A DNA stretch of 63,214 nucleotides, the filler included, from Salisapilia sapeloensis CBS 127946 (Eukaryota; Protista; Oomycota), in assembly GCA_023334545.1 (NCBI GenBank). It is 10 parts of 10 records of this genome, joined end to end, with 100 filler letters (N's around TTAATTAATTAA, not from the genome) between each part and the next. Parts side by side here need not be neighbours in the genome. Positions count along the whole stretch, not along the records: positions 6,596 to 16,053 come from JAADVB010000466.1; positions 16,154 to 21,969 come from JAADVB010000589.1; positions 22,070 to 40,137 come from JAADVB010000326.1; 7 more parts are not named here. One strand, given 5' to 3'. Shown here one piece after another: positions 11,393 through 22,344 of the stretch; the first letter of the stretch is position 1; each line of letters opens with the position of its first letter. The position numbers were made by a program, and so were the translations under genes. The notes under the pieces were generated by a model, which did no database searches, was not told where the DNA came from, and worked only from the letters and a program-made list of their open reading frames with translations.

Positions 11393-13087
11393 TTTTTCCT
11401 TTTGCGTTTCCAGACGCGAATTTGTAAATGGAGATCGGGAGCGGATGATTTCGTCTGCATTAACTCCTAGAAAAGTGGATAGTCAGTTCGTGATGTGGCG
11501 AGAGTATCATCCATCCGCTTAGGGCAGGCATTTCAGTCACGCGAAGTCTACCTCATGTGCCACGCTGTCATCGTCAGTAGTCATTGCAGGTTTCAAATAA
11601 GAAACTCCACAAGGATTAGTTGGATTGATCCACCGACTAGACCAAGACGCGTTGCACAACACAACATGCCAAGTTAGACTGGTCATGCTTCCAATGACTA
11701 CAAGTCAGTCAGTCAATCTGTTTTTTAAATTAGACGTTGATATCAAGCGCAAACGTGGCTCTGAGCGAACATAATTAAAGATAGTCGCTACGGCTTGCAA
11801 TTTCTGGACCGAAGAGCTACCTGCCCTGCGAGCTTCTATTTTGACCAGGCGACAGCTTAGTTCGGTCATTTGGGCGAGATCAAATTCAAAATGTGTGGCA
11901 TATGATGTGGAGCTCTGCCAGAGAGAAGAGTATTGGCATTTCCGTTCAAACCTACTGACTAGCGGCTAACCAAAATGAGAAAGCACTGGAAACCTACTAG
12001 TCTTCTTATGCTCAGCAATATATGGGGGCAGAAAGTTACGCATATCTGCAGCACATGTGCCGCATGACTTCCTCGCCATACCCACGGCGTCCTCTTTTTA
12101 TATACATCTCCAATTATCCCACCGTAACACTCGCACATCTTCGCTCTACACATCCCCTTGGTAGAAACTTAAAGTCATGGTATTCTTGCATTAAATGGTT
12201 AAACAGTGCAAGACATTTATGTCGATTTGCGTTCACCTTCCGGTTGGCCGGCGCATTGACGAAGAAGTGACCTGCAGAAAGACCTGGCCTCCTAGATGTA
12301 TTGCACGCTGAGCGCGGATTGCTAGTTTTTGGCTGTACGCTGTGGGAAATTGGGAAGTAATTACTTTTGCACAAGGCTCGACAATAAGAGTAGATGGGAC
12401 TTTTGGTTGGAAAGATAACTGAAAGGTTCGAGAGGCTTACGAAAAGTAGATGAAGATAGGATAAAAATTAACTAAGAAATACACTGTTCAACGCGAAAGT
12501 CTTTGAACTGCAGTCATTTTCCTCTTCCATCGATCATCCTTCGAAATATACCGAGAAACAAAGGAGATTTTCTTTCCACTACTCTTACCGTTCCGAGAAC
12601 TGCTCCGCAAAGTCCTCTTCGTACCCTAGTGCTCATTAATCCATTTTTGGCAGTCTGAAATTCACATATAAGAGGTATGGCGATTCATTGAATCGCCATA
12701 GGAAAGCTTGATTGGAACTTTTAACTTCCAACATAATAAAAGGTCAAGAGCGTTCAAATCGCTTTGTCAACTTGAGAATAGTTTTTACACTATAGGCATA
12801 CCGATATATAACCGATTCGTATTAGGCTGCCTCTGACCGAGTGATTTTACATCACTAGCCCGATGATCAAGGGTAGTGCATATGACACTTTGCATTGCGA
12901 TTTGATTCTCATCACATCGGTTTTTCTATTCATTCCTGATCGTTGCTCAAGGATCAATTCCCCGTACAACACTGTCACAATTTATTATTTTATGAAGCCC
13001 ATAATGGAGCAGAGGAGCGCTTGGACGGTGTATCGGATTCAGTGCCAAGCATTTTATAATGAGATCGATCATCGGCTTGGGTGTCGA

Positions 13088-15240
13088 TTATAAAAAGATT
13101 GGACGGGCTTTAACTGCAATCACTTGATTCACCAGAGCTACACCAGTAACCTTCCTCCCTCCTTCTGTCTTCGCGTCATGGTAAGGCAGGTCATGGGAAT
13201 ATAACTCGGATAAGATGGCGCCGAAGGAGTATATATCCGATCGCTCGTTGTACATGCCATTTCCACTTAAGACTTCTGGTGCCATCCAAAGCACAGTTCC
13301 TGTTTCCTGTGTCATCGTATTGTCCAAGCTTTGGGCGCGAGCAGTGCCAGCATCCGTCAACTTTGCACGCAGATTTGACGAGAGCAGCACGTTCCTCGAG
13401 TTGAGGTCTTGATGGACAAATGGAGGATCAAAAGAGTGGATGTAAACCAGTGCGGTCGCAATGTCCAGCGCAATATCGAGTTTCTCTTGAGTCCACGCTC
13501 TGGGTGTTGACGTTGCCTTCAATTAGTCGTATAAGTCACCATCAGGCATATATTCAAAGAGCGCTTGAAAGTTCACTCCCATCATCCACGCAACACCATG
13601 AAACATGACAATATTCGGATAATCGAGCTCACACACCATCTTTACTTCGTCAACGAACTTTTCTATATCCACTCCTTTTGTCTTGCTTCTTACTAGCCTT
13701 TTAGAAGCAAACCCCTCGTTGTGGTAGCTGACCAGCCAGACCTCATCAAAGGGCCCTCCGCCAATTTCTGGATGCCGTGGATGTATTTGGAGCGCAGTTG
13801 ACGTTGTAGTAGAGTTTCGTCGCGCCAAATTGAGTATTTTGTCCCAAATTCCAATGGATCAGAGAGGTTGTGATCACTTGTACGTTTGGTGCCTTCTTCA
13901 CGGTGGTCTTTTCGACGATATTAAATGAAACCAACCACTCCAACAGCAATGGTAGCTAGCACCACGATTAAAAATACTATGTAGAGAGCGAAGTTAGACC
14001 CGTCTGCTTCTGTACTAGATGGTCCATCATGCTCTCTGTCGGAGGATCCATTTGCCATCAAGCCTAATGGCCCGATACAAACGGACAGGTCAAAAATTCC
14101 GGATCTTCTCTGGTTTGTTGCAACTATGTTTGATATGGAGCAAACTGGAGCTGTACGACAGATTCGTTAAATTATCCAGGACATCCTTTAACCCCTGTGA
14201 TACTGTTAAATTTTTTATTTGATTTCCCTCCAGATATAGCTCTTCCAATTAAAGAGAATTGGCAATGGAGTCAGGTATGTGATCCAATTTGTTATACTCC
14301 AAATTTCTAGATCATCAGGCGTTAGTTCTGTTCAGCGAAACAAGATAGCAATACAAGCTGTACAGGTATGCCATATTGGGAATGTTGCCCATGAAGCTTT
14401 CCAGTTTATTCGAAGATAGATTTCTATGCAGAGTGTTAATATTCGTATATTACACTACTAGATTGGGATTAATGCGGCTTAAAAAGCTGTTACGATATCA
14501 ACAGTTCGATTCATGGGAAACCCTGCTTAGTCGTTATGGCTCATCTTTCTGCGGTGTGCAGTATGAAATTGTAGTCGGTAGTACTTAGTCGTCACACGTA
14601 TTTATACATATATAATAGTAAGGTTTTTGATTTTGAGGATCGTAGAGGGAACTTTCGTTAGCAAATTGCTGGTGATATCTAGGTCATACAGCGCTGGATA
14701 TTCCACAAAGCTGATCGTATTTGTCGGCAGACTGAAGTTGCTTATATAGAGGTATTGAAGCTTTGCTGGACATTTGATGATGTAATCATCTAGCTTGACA
14801 TTCACTAGTGTCCTGACAAGATGTCATACGTGGTGTTGCCTCCTTAAAGCCATCTATTCAGAGGTACCTTAAGTTAAAAAGTAGTTTTTACATTTTCTAG
14901 CGAATATGTACAAATCGATGACATATTCATCAACCGAGAGTGGTCCAATTTAGTCCAAGTACTTTTTCGTGCAACGACGGATATCTTGTTTGCGGACCCG
15001 GACCATCCGTCCGTGAGTCACTCCCACTCACTGACGGATACTTGCTATAATCATGAGGGACGTAAAAGAATAATTGTCCACCCCACAATTGTGGCAGTTC
15101 AAAGCACTGGTATCGACACCCAGTCTCTTCGTCTGCATCTTTGTAAAAGTCTTTGCTTGCGATGTCACTGTCTTTATCATCACATGCGTTCCTTTCGCTG
15201 CCAAATTATTAAACCATGCATAGATCATCATTATTGTCAC
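13088..15240 (-). pseudogene. Decayed LRR receptor-like / TKL kinase
   Basis: Kinase halves 13828-13523 (IGGGPFDEVW, VDEVKM, LFEYMPDGDLYD*) and 13522-13088 (HQDLNSRNVLL, LTDAGTAR, WMAPE, SDIYSFG) are in one frame split by a TAA. LRR remnants lie at 14600-14805 (LYDLDITSNLLTKVPSTILKIKNL) among multiple stops. Upstream limit approximate. Confidence 0.75.
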
Positions 15241-15728
15241 AGGGATTGCAGTCAGATATGAGTGCGTGAAGTGGCTTCCTGCAGCTCATTATATCCTGAG
15301 CATTTCCATATCCTAACAGCGCCATCAAAGCTACGAGAAAAAATTCATCGTTTTAAAGGAAAATGCAATGTAACTATAGGCTAAAGATCTCCATGGTGGC
15401 CAGTTGTCGCAGAGTTGCATATCCTCCACCAGTTTTCTTTCATAGAAGAAGGACAAACAAGCTAAAGCTCTATCATATACATTTGTCCATTTAATTCTGT
15501 CAATGTAATCGTTATGCTTCTGCTTTTGGTAGTATTTCTTATGATACAATGACAGTTCAAAGAAGCTGTGAGCTCGAGACGGTAGCTATGGTAGTTATGG
15601 ATACTTTCATAATGTATAGTTTCCATACTTTCTGGATACAGATTTGAGTCGGATATAACTGGCGTAAAGGCTTGGAAGGTAGATGCCTCGAGATTCGACG
15701 GTTTTCAATTTGAAGGTCAATCAATTAC

Positions 15729-16053
15729 ATGAGCTTTTGTTCGTTTGTAGACTACTTAAGTGAAGAGGAATGTTCGAGCTTCTTCGCATGGGAACATGAG
15801 CGTCAGGTCGATAAAGTGGAAGCCTATTTAAACTTTTTGTCGATGCAAGAGCAGGTAAGAGCGAATGCCAAGGCTTCCAAAAAAGCGTCGGTGTGCTATG
15901 CAGAGTGTCAACCACCTAGTTTTCGCTCGAAAGTTGATAGTAGAGACGACTGTGTCCTAGATAAGTTGCTAGATGGAAGATGCAGAAGTGGATTTGGAGC
16001 GTTCGGGACTGAAGAAGGGTTCATTCCTCAAAAGACCCAGAGTTTAGCAGTTG
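15729..16053 (+). CDS. Hypothetical protein, 5' partial (cut by contig end)
   Basis: ATG-initiated frame open up to the linker (MSFCSFVDYLSEEECSSFFAWE...). Confidence 0.4.
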
Positions 16054-16153
16054 NNNNNNNNNNNNNNNNNNNNNNNNNNNNNNNNNNNNNNNNNNNNTTA
16101 ATTAATTAANNNNNNNNNNNNNNNNNNNNNNNNNNNNNNNNNNNNNNNNNNNN
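16054..16153. other. Artificial contig linker
   Basis: N44-TTAATTAATTAA-N44. Confidence 0.99.
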
Positions 16154-16836
16154 GATACGCTCAAAGCAAAACTCATTTGAAGTCCAATGCTCTATTAGCT
16201 AGAATATGTCTACTTTCTTAAACACGACCCGTATATTTGGTACATTTCATGTAGAGTGTTTCGCTTTGAAGTACGACCATAGTTGCCATGTCTGGGGTGC
16301 AGAGCTGACAATATCAAGCGACTTATCGCGAATTTGATACAAGCATAGATCTTTGGAAACTTGGTTAGTCCGTGATGGTCTGTAGCTTCATACCGTTGAT
16401 GATTGGTAATTTAAGGAATAGACCGATTTGTCCAGATTTCCATAGCTGTAATCAGTTGCTAGCGTTTGCATCGGCAGAGCTCCTTTTCCTAGTACGTCTA
16501 CCTCAAATCTATGTCGCTCACCTGGTCGTGTAGTTCTTTCACATTCATCACCATAGCAGCTAGCAATTGCTTTAATATCCATTGAACAAACGTTTTTTCC
16601 AACGTAAAAACTCTTACGCCAAACGGCTTTATTCAGCGAGTCTCTTTTGTATGCAAAAGCTAGCCAGAATGCTGTCAACGTCTTAGCACATACCGGTCAG
16701 CTCTTCCTCGTACAATTGTCTGCCTTATCTCTCCTAGGTTTCTTCCATCCACCTCCTCTTCAATCGTAATGATGCGCTCAAAAGTACTTTGCCAAATGAC
16801 TAGAAGACCGTTCAAACGTGCTTACATTCTGGTTTT

Positions 16837-19125
16837 CTACTCTTTCTTCGGTTCGTCATAATCTTGCTTCTTGATAGCCTTGAGCTGGTCCAACAAAAAG
16901 GACAGGTCGAACGCTTTTTCCTTGAGATAGTGATACCGGTCGCTCGCACTAAAGTGACCAGAGCTTAAGTCCATCTTCAACAGCACATCGTTTCCATCTG
17001 CCTTGACATCCCGCAGCTTGGCCACCCACTTGGTCGGCTCCCAGTACGCCACACGCGGGTCGTACAATCCACTCGTGACCAAAATATTCGGGTACGGCTG
17101 CTGCTTCACATTGTCGTACGGCGAGTAGCTGAGCATGTAGTCAAAGTACTCTCGTTCGTTCGGGTTGCCCCACTCTTCCCACTCGCCCGTCGTCAACGGA
17201 ATCGACGCATCGCTCATCGTGTTCATCAGGTCCACGAACGGGACGCCAGCCACAGCTGCCTTGAACAAGTCCGGACGCATGTTCAGCACTGTGCCCATGA
17301 GCAATCCACCAGCACTGCGTCCTTCACACGTCATCTTGCTCGGGCTCGTGACGCCAGCCGACACGAGCTTCTCGGCACAAGCGATAAAGTCCGTGAACGT
17401 ATTGATCTTCTTCTTGTACTTTGCGTCTTCGTACCACGTCCGTCCCATCTCTCCTCCGCCTCGGATGTGAGCAATCGCAAAGATGACACCACGGTCCAAG
17501 AGCGGGAGGATCCACGAGATGAACGTCGGGTCAACACAGATCTCGTACGAGCCGTATCCATACAAGTGAAGCGGCTGACGGTCCTTGGTCCGCAGGTCCT
17601 TTCGGTACACCATCGAGATCGGGACTTTCGTTCCATCCTTGGCCGTCGCTTCCATCCGTTCAGACGTGTAGAGCGACCTGTCGTACTTTGGCACAGGCTT
17701 CTCCTTGAGGAACTCCATCTTACCAGTGGACACGTCGTAGTCGTACGTGGTGCGAGGCGTGACCATTGATGAGTACACGATACGCAGCTTGTTTGTGTCG
17801 TAGTCAGAGTTCACGGACACGAAAGCGCCGAAGCTTTCTTCATCGAACGTCAAGCGCTTCTTGGAGAACTCGTTCGGTCCGTCGATGGAGACGAGCCAAA
17901 TCTGGGAGTATCCGTTCTCCCGACCGCTGAGCGCCATGAAGCTCTTAAAACAGTCGATGCCATCCACCTTGATTTTCTCGTCGTACTTGAACACATCTCG
18001 CCAGTTGGATGGAGACGGCATGTCTACTTGCGTGCACATGAGTTTAAAGTTGGTCGCATTGTCCTTGTTCGTGACGATGAAAAATTTGTCTGCGTGGTGG
18101 TCGACACTGTACAAGACGCCCTTCTGACGCTTCGCAATCGTTTCCACCTGTCCGTCGAACTTGTCTAGATCGATGAACGACACTTCACTCGTTTCGCTAC
18201 TTCCAGACGACAGGAACAAGAAGCGTTCGGAGCGAGATTTATAAAAGTAGGCGTTGAACAGCTCGTCGTCTTCCGTGTACAGCAGCTCATCCTTGTTGCT
18301 GCCGATCGTATGACGCCACACCTTATCCTGACGATGCGCGTCGTCCTGCGTTGCGTAGTACAACGTACTCGAGTCACTTCCCCATTCGATGTCAGAGATG
18401 TTTTCAATCCGGTCGGCAAGCAGCTTGCCTGTCGACAACTCCTTCACGTACCCAGTGTACGTCTCGTAGCCATTCAAGTCAACCATGTAGGCGAGGTACT
18501 TGTGGTCCGGACTCACGTGGACGCCACGAACATCGCAGTGGTTCTGACCTTTCGCAAGTTCGTTCTCGTCTAGCAAGAGCTCTTCTTGGCCCTGGAGTCC
18601 ATTCGCCTTCTCTTTCCGGCAATGGTACACGTAGCTACTGCCTTTCTCTGTACGCGTGTAGTACAAGTAAGGGCCGTGCGGATGCGGATGCTCTTCATCC
18701 GTCTCCTGGACGTGAGACAAGAGCTCCGTGTACAGGTTGTCTCGGACGTTGGCAAGGTGCTTGGTCTTAGCAGCCGTGTACTCGTTCTCGGCACGAAGGT
18801 GGTTCAGGACTTCAGGATCCTTCCGCGTGTCGTCACGGACGTAAAAGTAAGGGTCTTCCATGTATAAAATCGGCTTCATCGGGTTATCCCCTCGGTTTTG
18901 GCCGGGGACGGCACCGAATGGTACCATGTGCGGCTTCTTAGGTAGCACTGGTGGCTTCAAAGCGACTTTCGAGTACATTCGACTGCGCATCCGGACAACG
19001 CACATGGCAGCTACGGAGGCTGCACTGACGCCCAAGGTTACCATCGTCGAACGCGCCATCTTCTTACGTGGATATGGTCGACGATCTGAGAATGAATCGA
19101 AATGTGGCGATCGGAAGATGGGCAA
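16837..19125 (-). CDS. ptrB: Oligopeptidase B (protease II, S9A serine peptidase)
   Basis: DPYFYVRDD; beta-propeller region; HLYGYGSYE, HIRGGGEMGRTWY; catalytic GRSAGG; GLYDPRVAYWEPTKW; GHFSAS. Intronless. Confidence 0.96.
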   Translation of the reverse strand: MPIFRSPHFDSFSDRRPYPRKKMARSTMVTLGVSAASVAAMCVVRMRSRMYSKVALKPPVLPKKPHMVPFGAVPGQNRGDNPMKPILYMEDPYFYVRDDTRKDPEVLNHLRAENEYTAAKTKHLANVRDNLYTELLSHVQETDEEHPHPHGPYLYYTRTEKGSSYVYHCRKEKANGLQGQEELLLDENELAKGQNHCDVRGVHVSPDHKYLAYMVDLNGYETYTGYVKELSTGKLLADRIENISDIEWGSDSSTLYYATQDDAHRQDKVWRHTIGSNKDELLYTEDDELFNAYFYKSRSERFLFLSSGSSETSEVSFIDLDKFDGQVETIAKRQKGVLYSVDHHADKFFIVTNKDNATNFKLMCTQVDMPSPSNWRDVFKYDEKIKVDGIDCFKSFMALSGRENGYSQIWLVSIDGPNEFSKKRLTFDEESFGAFVSVNSDYDTNKLRIVYSSMVTPRTTYDYDVSTGKMEFLKEKPVPKYDRSLYTSERMEATAKDGTKVPISMVYRKDLRTKDRQPLHLYGYGSYEICVDPTFISWILPLLDRGVIFAIAHIRGGGEMGRTWYEDAKYKKKINTFTDFIACAEKLVSAGVTSPSKMTCEGRSAGGLLMGTVLNMRPDLFKAAVAGVPFVDLMNTMSDASIPLTTGEWEEWGNPNEREYFDYMLSYSPYDNVKQQPYPNILVTSGLYDPRVAYWEPTKWVAKLRDVKADGNDVLLKMDLSSGHFSASDRYHYLKEKAFDLSFLLDQLKAIKKQDYDEPKKE

Positions 19126-19356
19126 AGCAAGAAGCCAATAAGCAATTTATTTCGATATAATTGACTAATTAGTGACAAGGTACGTTTGCGATAAATTAAC
19201 GTTGTGCCAATCACATGTATTATTTGAGAAAGCTAATTCAAAAGTATCTATACGAGCTATCTAGAAAATCAAAGAAATTTAAACGCTAGAATTGTAAATT
19301 GTATACTAAATTGGATAGATATGATAAGAAGTTTAGCACCAAACAACCGAAACAGC

Positions 19357-20154
19357 ATGTCCGCGGCCATTGAGCAGAGGAATCAAGACGCGACGCTGTA
19401 TGTGGGCAATGTGGACGACAGAGTGACAGAAGAGTTGCTTTGGGAACTCATGCTCCAAGCGGGAGTCGTTGTCAATGTTCATTTGCCTACAGATAAAGTC
19501 ACGAACCGGCATCAGAACTACGGTTTTGTCGAGTTCCGCAGCGAGGAGGATGCAGCTTATGCACTCAAAACGATGAACATGATTCAATTATATCAACGTC
19601 CTATCCGACTCAAGCGAGCAGCGCAAGACCGTAAAAGCCTGGACATTGGTGCCAACTTGTTCATCGGGAACTTGGCCCCCGAAGTGGATGAAAAGCTCTT
19701 GTATGATACATTTTCGGCATTTGGTGGACTCATCGAGACGCCAAACATCGTTCGCGACGAAAACAAGACGCCGCGTGGCTTTGGCTTTGTCTCGTACGAA
19801 AGCTTTGAAGCCTCAGACCTTGCGATCGAGTGCATGCACGGACAGTTTCTAAGCGACAGACAGATCGTCGTGCAATACGCTTTCAAGAAGGATAGTCGTA
19901 ATGAGCGCCACGGTAGTGAAGCTGAACGCATGTTGGCCCAAAGCCAGAATCCAAGTCAAATAGCGAATGCCGTCAAGCCGAATATCCACTTTGCAGGCGT
20001 CGATACGGTACCTCCCCCACCTCCTCCAGCTGTGAACATGATGCCCATGGCCAACTACGCTGCTCCACCACCACCACCTCCCCCCATGCCGTACACGGAC
20101 AACGGCTACAACAACATCCCGCCACCTCCACCTCCACCGCCGCAGTATGGCTAA
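19357..20154 (+). CDS. SF3B4: Splicing factor 3B subunit 4 (SAP49)
   Basis: [14 protein letters not shown], two RRMs, [12 protein letters not shown], Pro-rich tail; start taken at MSAAIEQ. Confidence 0.96.
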   Translation: MSAAIEQRNQDATLYVGNVDDRVTEELLWELMLQAGVVVNVHLPTDKVTNRHQNYGFVEFRSEEDAAYALKTMNMIQLYQRPIRLKRAAQDRKSLDIGANLFIGNLAPEVDEKLLYDTFSAFGGLIETPNIVRDENKTPRGFGFVSYESFEASDLAIECMHGQFLSDRQIVVQYAFKKDSRNERHGSEAERMLAQSQNPSQIANAVKPNIHFAGVDTVPPPPPPAVNMMPMANYAAPPPPPPPMPYTDNGYNNIPPPPPPPPQYG

Positions 20155-20345
20155 AAGATGAATATCAAAAGTAGCCGTTTTATCAAAAGACAATCAATTC
20201 GACATTTGATTGGAAGATAATGCAAAATTTTGTCCAGTCATGAACCGGATAGTACTCACCAGCCATTTTCGACCTTAAGGAGCGGACCACTTTCCATTTC
20301 GTCCCCCAGCGCATTCGCCACCGAAAGTTAAGAAACCTCTAAACC

Positions 20346-21276
20346 ATGCCTCGTGGACCTCGTAAGCACCTCAAGCGTATGTCAGCGCCGCACCACTGGA
20401 TGCTCGGCAAGATGGACGGCATCTGGGCGCCTCGCCCGTCGTCTGGCCCGCACAAGTTGCGTGAGTGCCTTCCGCTCATCATCATCCTCCGCAACCGTCT
20501 CAAGTACGCCTTGAACAAGCAGGAGGTCAAGATGATCTGCATGCAGAAGCAGGTCAAGGTCGATGGTAAGATCCGTGTCGACCCGGACTTCCCGTCTGGA
20601 TTCATGGACGTCCTTGAGCTCCCGAAGAGCGGTGACCAGTTCCGTCTCCTCTTCGATACCAAGGGCCGATTCACGCTCCACCGTATCTCCAACGAAGAGA
20701 CCAAGTTCAAGCTGTGCAAGGTTGTTCGTCAGGAGTACACGAAGAAGGCGATCCCGTACATTGCCACCAACGACGGCCGTAACATCCGTTACCCGGACCC
20801 GCTCATCAAGGTCCACGACACCGTCAAGGTTGACCTCGAGACCGGCAAGGTCGTTGACTTCATCAAGTTCGAGCCTGGTAACCTCGTCATGATCTCCAAG
20901 GGCCGTAACAGCGGACGTGTTGGTGTTCTCCACTCGATTGAAAGGTAGGAACACACCTTATTGACTCATTGTGAGCTGGGTGTGGTCGCTTATACATGCA
21001 CGATCTCCTCAGGTTTCTTTTCACCTCATACACTTATGAGGTCCCATGCCAAGCACGTACTAACATTGTCTATTCCTCTACAGACACCAGGGTGCTTTCA
21101 ACATTGTCCACGTTCGTGACTCGGCTGGCAACTCGTTCGCCACGCGTCTCTCCAACGCCTTCGTGATCGGCAAGGAGAACAAGCCGATGGTGTCGTTGCC
21201 GCGTGGCAAGGGCGTCAAGCTCAGCGTTCTCGAGGAGCGTACTCTTCGCGAGCAGAAGGCCAAGAACCAGCACTAA
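20346..21276 (+). CDS. RPS4: 40S ribosomal protein S4 (eS4)
   Basis: [11 protein letters not shown]...HKLRECLPL. Intron 20945-21083 (GTAGGA...TACTAAC...CTACAG). Exon 2 [30 protein letters not shown]...KNQH*. Confidence 0.98.
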
Positions 21277-21397
21277 GTGCTCTAGGGTTTAAAACCTTAG
21301 CATCTGTGCTCTAGGCTTTACAATATGGAAAGGGGACGAGACTTCAAGAGTTTTTAAGAAAAAGACTTTTGAATTCAATTTTGTGGTACTTGCTTGC

Positions 21398-21724
21398 TTA
21401 TCCGCCATCGGGAGCGTCCGGTGCGTCTGGTCCGCCGTGACTGCCGTGGTCAATGTGGTATGGTCGATTGTTGTCCTGACGCTGCTTGCGAGCACCTTCA
21501 ATAGCTTCATCTGCATGGCGTTTCGCCTGGACGCCGGACGTGGGCTTCTGTTTACTGCTCGGTTTGATCTTTTCACGCAGTTCTTCCGCCTTGACTTTCA
21601 ATTTTTCCGTGTTGGAAGGCTTTGCCGTGCTGTTTTGACCGATCGAGTTCGGTGCGACTTTCGCCTGTACCTTTTCCAACTTGTCCTTGGCTTTCTTCTG
21701 TGCGTTCGCGAACCCTGACTGCAT
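21398..21724 (-). CDS. Small hydrophilic Lys/Ala/Gln-rich protein
   Basis: 108-aa ATG ORF, convergent with RPS4; INR-like TCATTCC upstream on the minus strand. Confidence 0.6.
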   Translation of the reverse strand: MQSGFANAQKKAKDKLEKVQAKVAPNSIGQNSTAKPSNTEKLKVKAEELREKIKPSSKQKPTSGVQAKRHADEAIEGARKQRQDNNRPYHIDHGSHGGPDAPDAPDGG

Positions 21725-21969
21725 TGTTCTCTTGCACGTCGAAAGCAGAAATGTGAAGGAGTTTGGGCGCGCGGCTATCGACGGAGAACGCTGTTGAAAA
21801 TTGTCTCGGAATGAATCAGGTGCAAGATAGTTGAAGTTGAATGCAACTTTTGAAGATTGTCGCAGGTATCTACTTTGGGAGGCGTTGGGATCATGTCGAC
21901 GGAATGGAGGAAGATGGATACGCTACGTCCGCCTGCGTATGTCTGTCTTCGTAGGAAGGCTCGCGCAGA

Positions 21970-22069
21970 NNNNNNNNNNNNNNNNNNNNNNNNNNNNNNN
22001 NNNNNNNNNNNNNTTAATTAATTAANNNNNNNNNNNNNNNNNNNNNNNNNNNNNNNNNNNNNNNNNNNN
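21970..22069. other. Artificial contig linker
   Basis: N44-TTAATTAATTAA-N44. Confidence 0.99.
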
Positions 22070-22344
22070 TTCGTGATGATGGACCAAAAGAGTGCGACCG
22101 TCATGTAACCCAGCGTAATAGCACCCAAAAGGGAGCTGTCTTGGTTCTTGCGCTTCAGCTCTTGCGTCTCGAGACGCTGCTTCGGAAGGAAGTAGACCAT
22201 GAACCACGAGCCCACCATCATGGCGTACATGAATATCGCCTGTTTCGTCACTCGCGTACGGATCTCGTGCGTGTCCGATTGGATCTCTTCGTTCGTCGCA
22301 TTCCAAGATGAGTCCACCAGTCGCGACACGGTCGACGCGAACGG
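22070..22344 (-). repeat. Inverted repeat arm A (3' part of the FBT gene)
   Basis: Reverse complement of 39863-40137; I found two mismatches by eye over 275 bp. Confidence 0.92.

Noticed and set aside
16388-16790. Short minus-strand ORF(s) downstream of oligopeptidase B
   Set aside because: May be exons of a small gene, but there is no recognisable motif or reliable splice model.
17165-19141. Many 60-140 aa ORFs overlapping oligopeptidase B (likewise RPS4, FBT, FANCI, CWF19L2, GST)
   Set aside because: Shadow frames produced by GC3-biased coding sequence.
20382-20954. 190-aa antisense ORF over RPS4
   Set aside because: Typical antisense open frame of a strongly codon-biased ribosomal protein gene.
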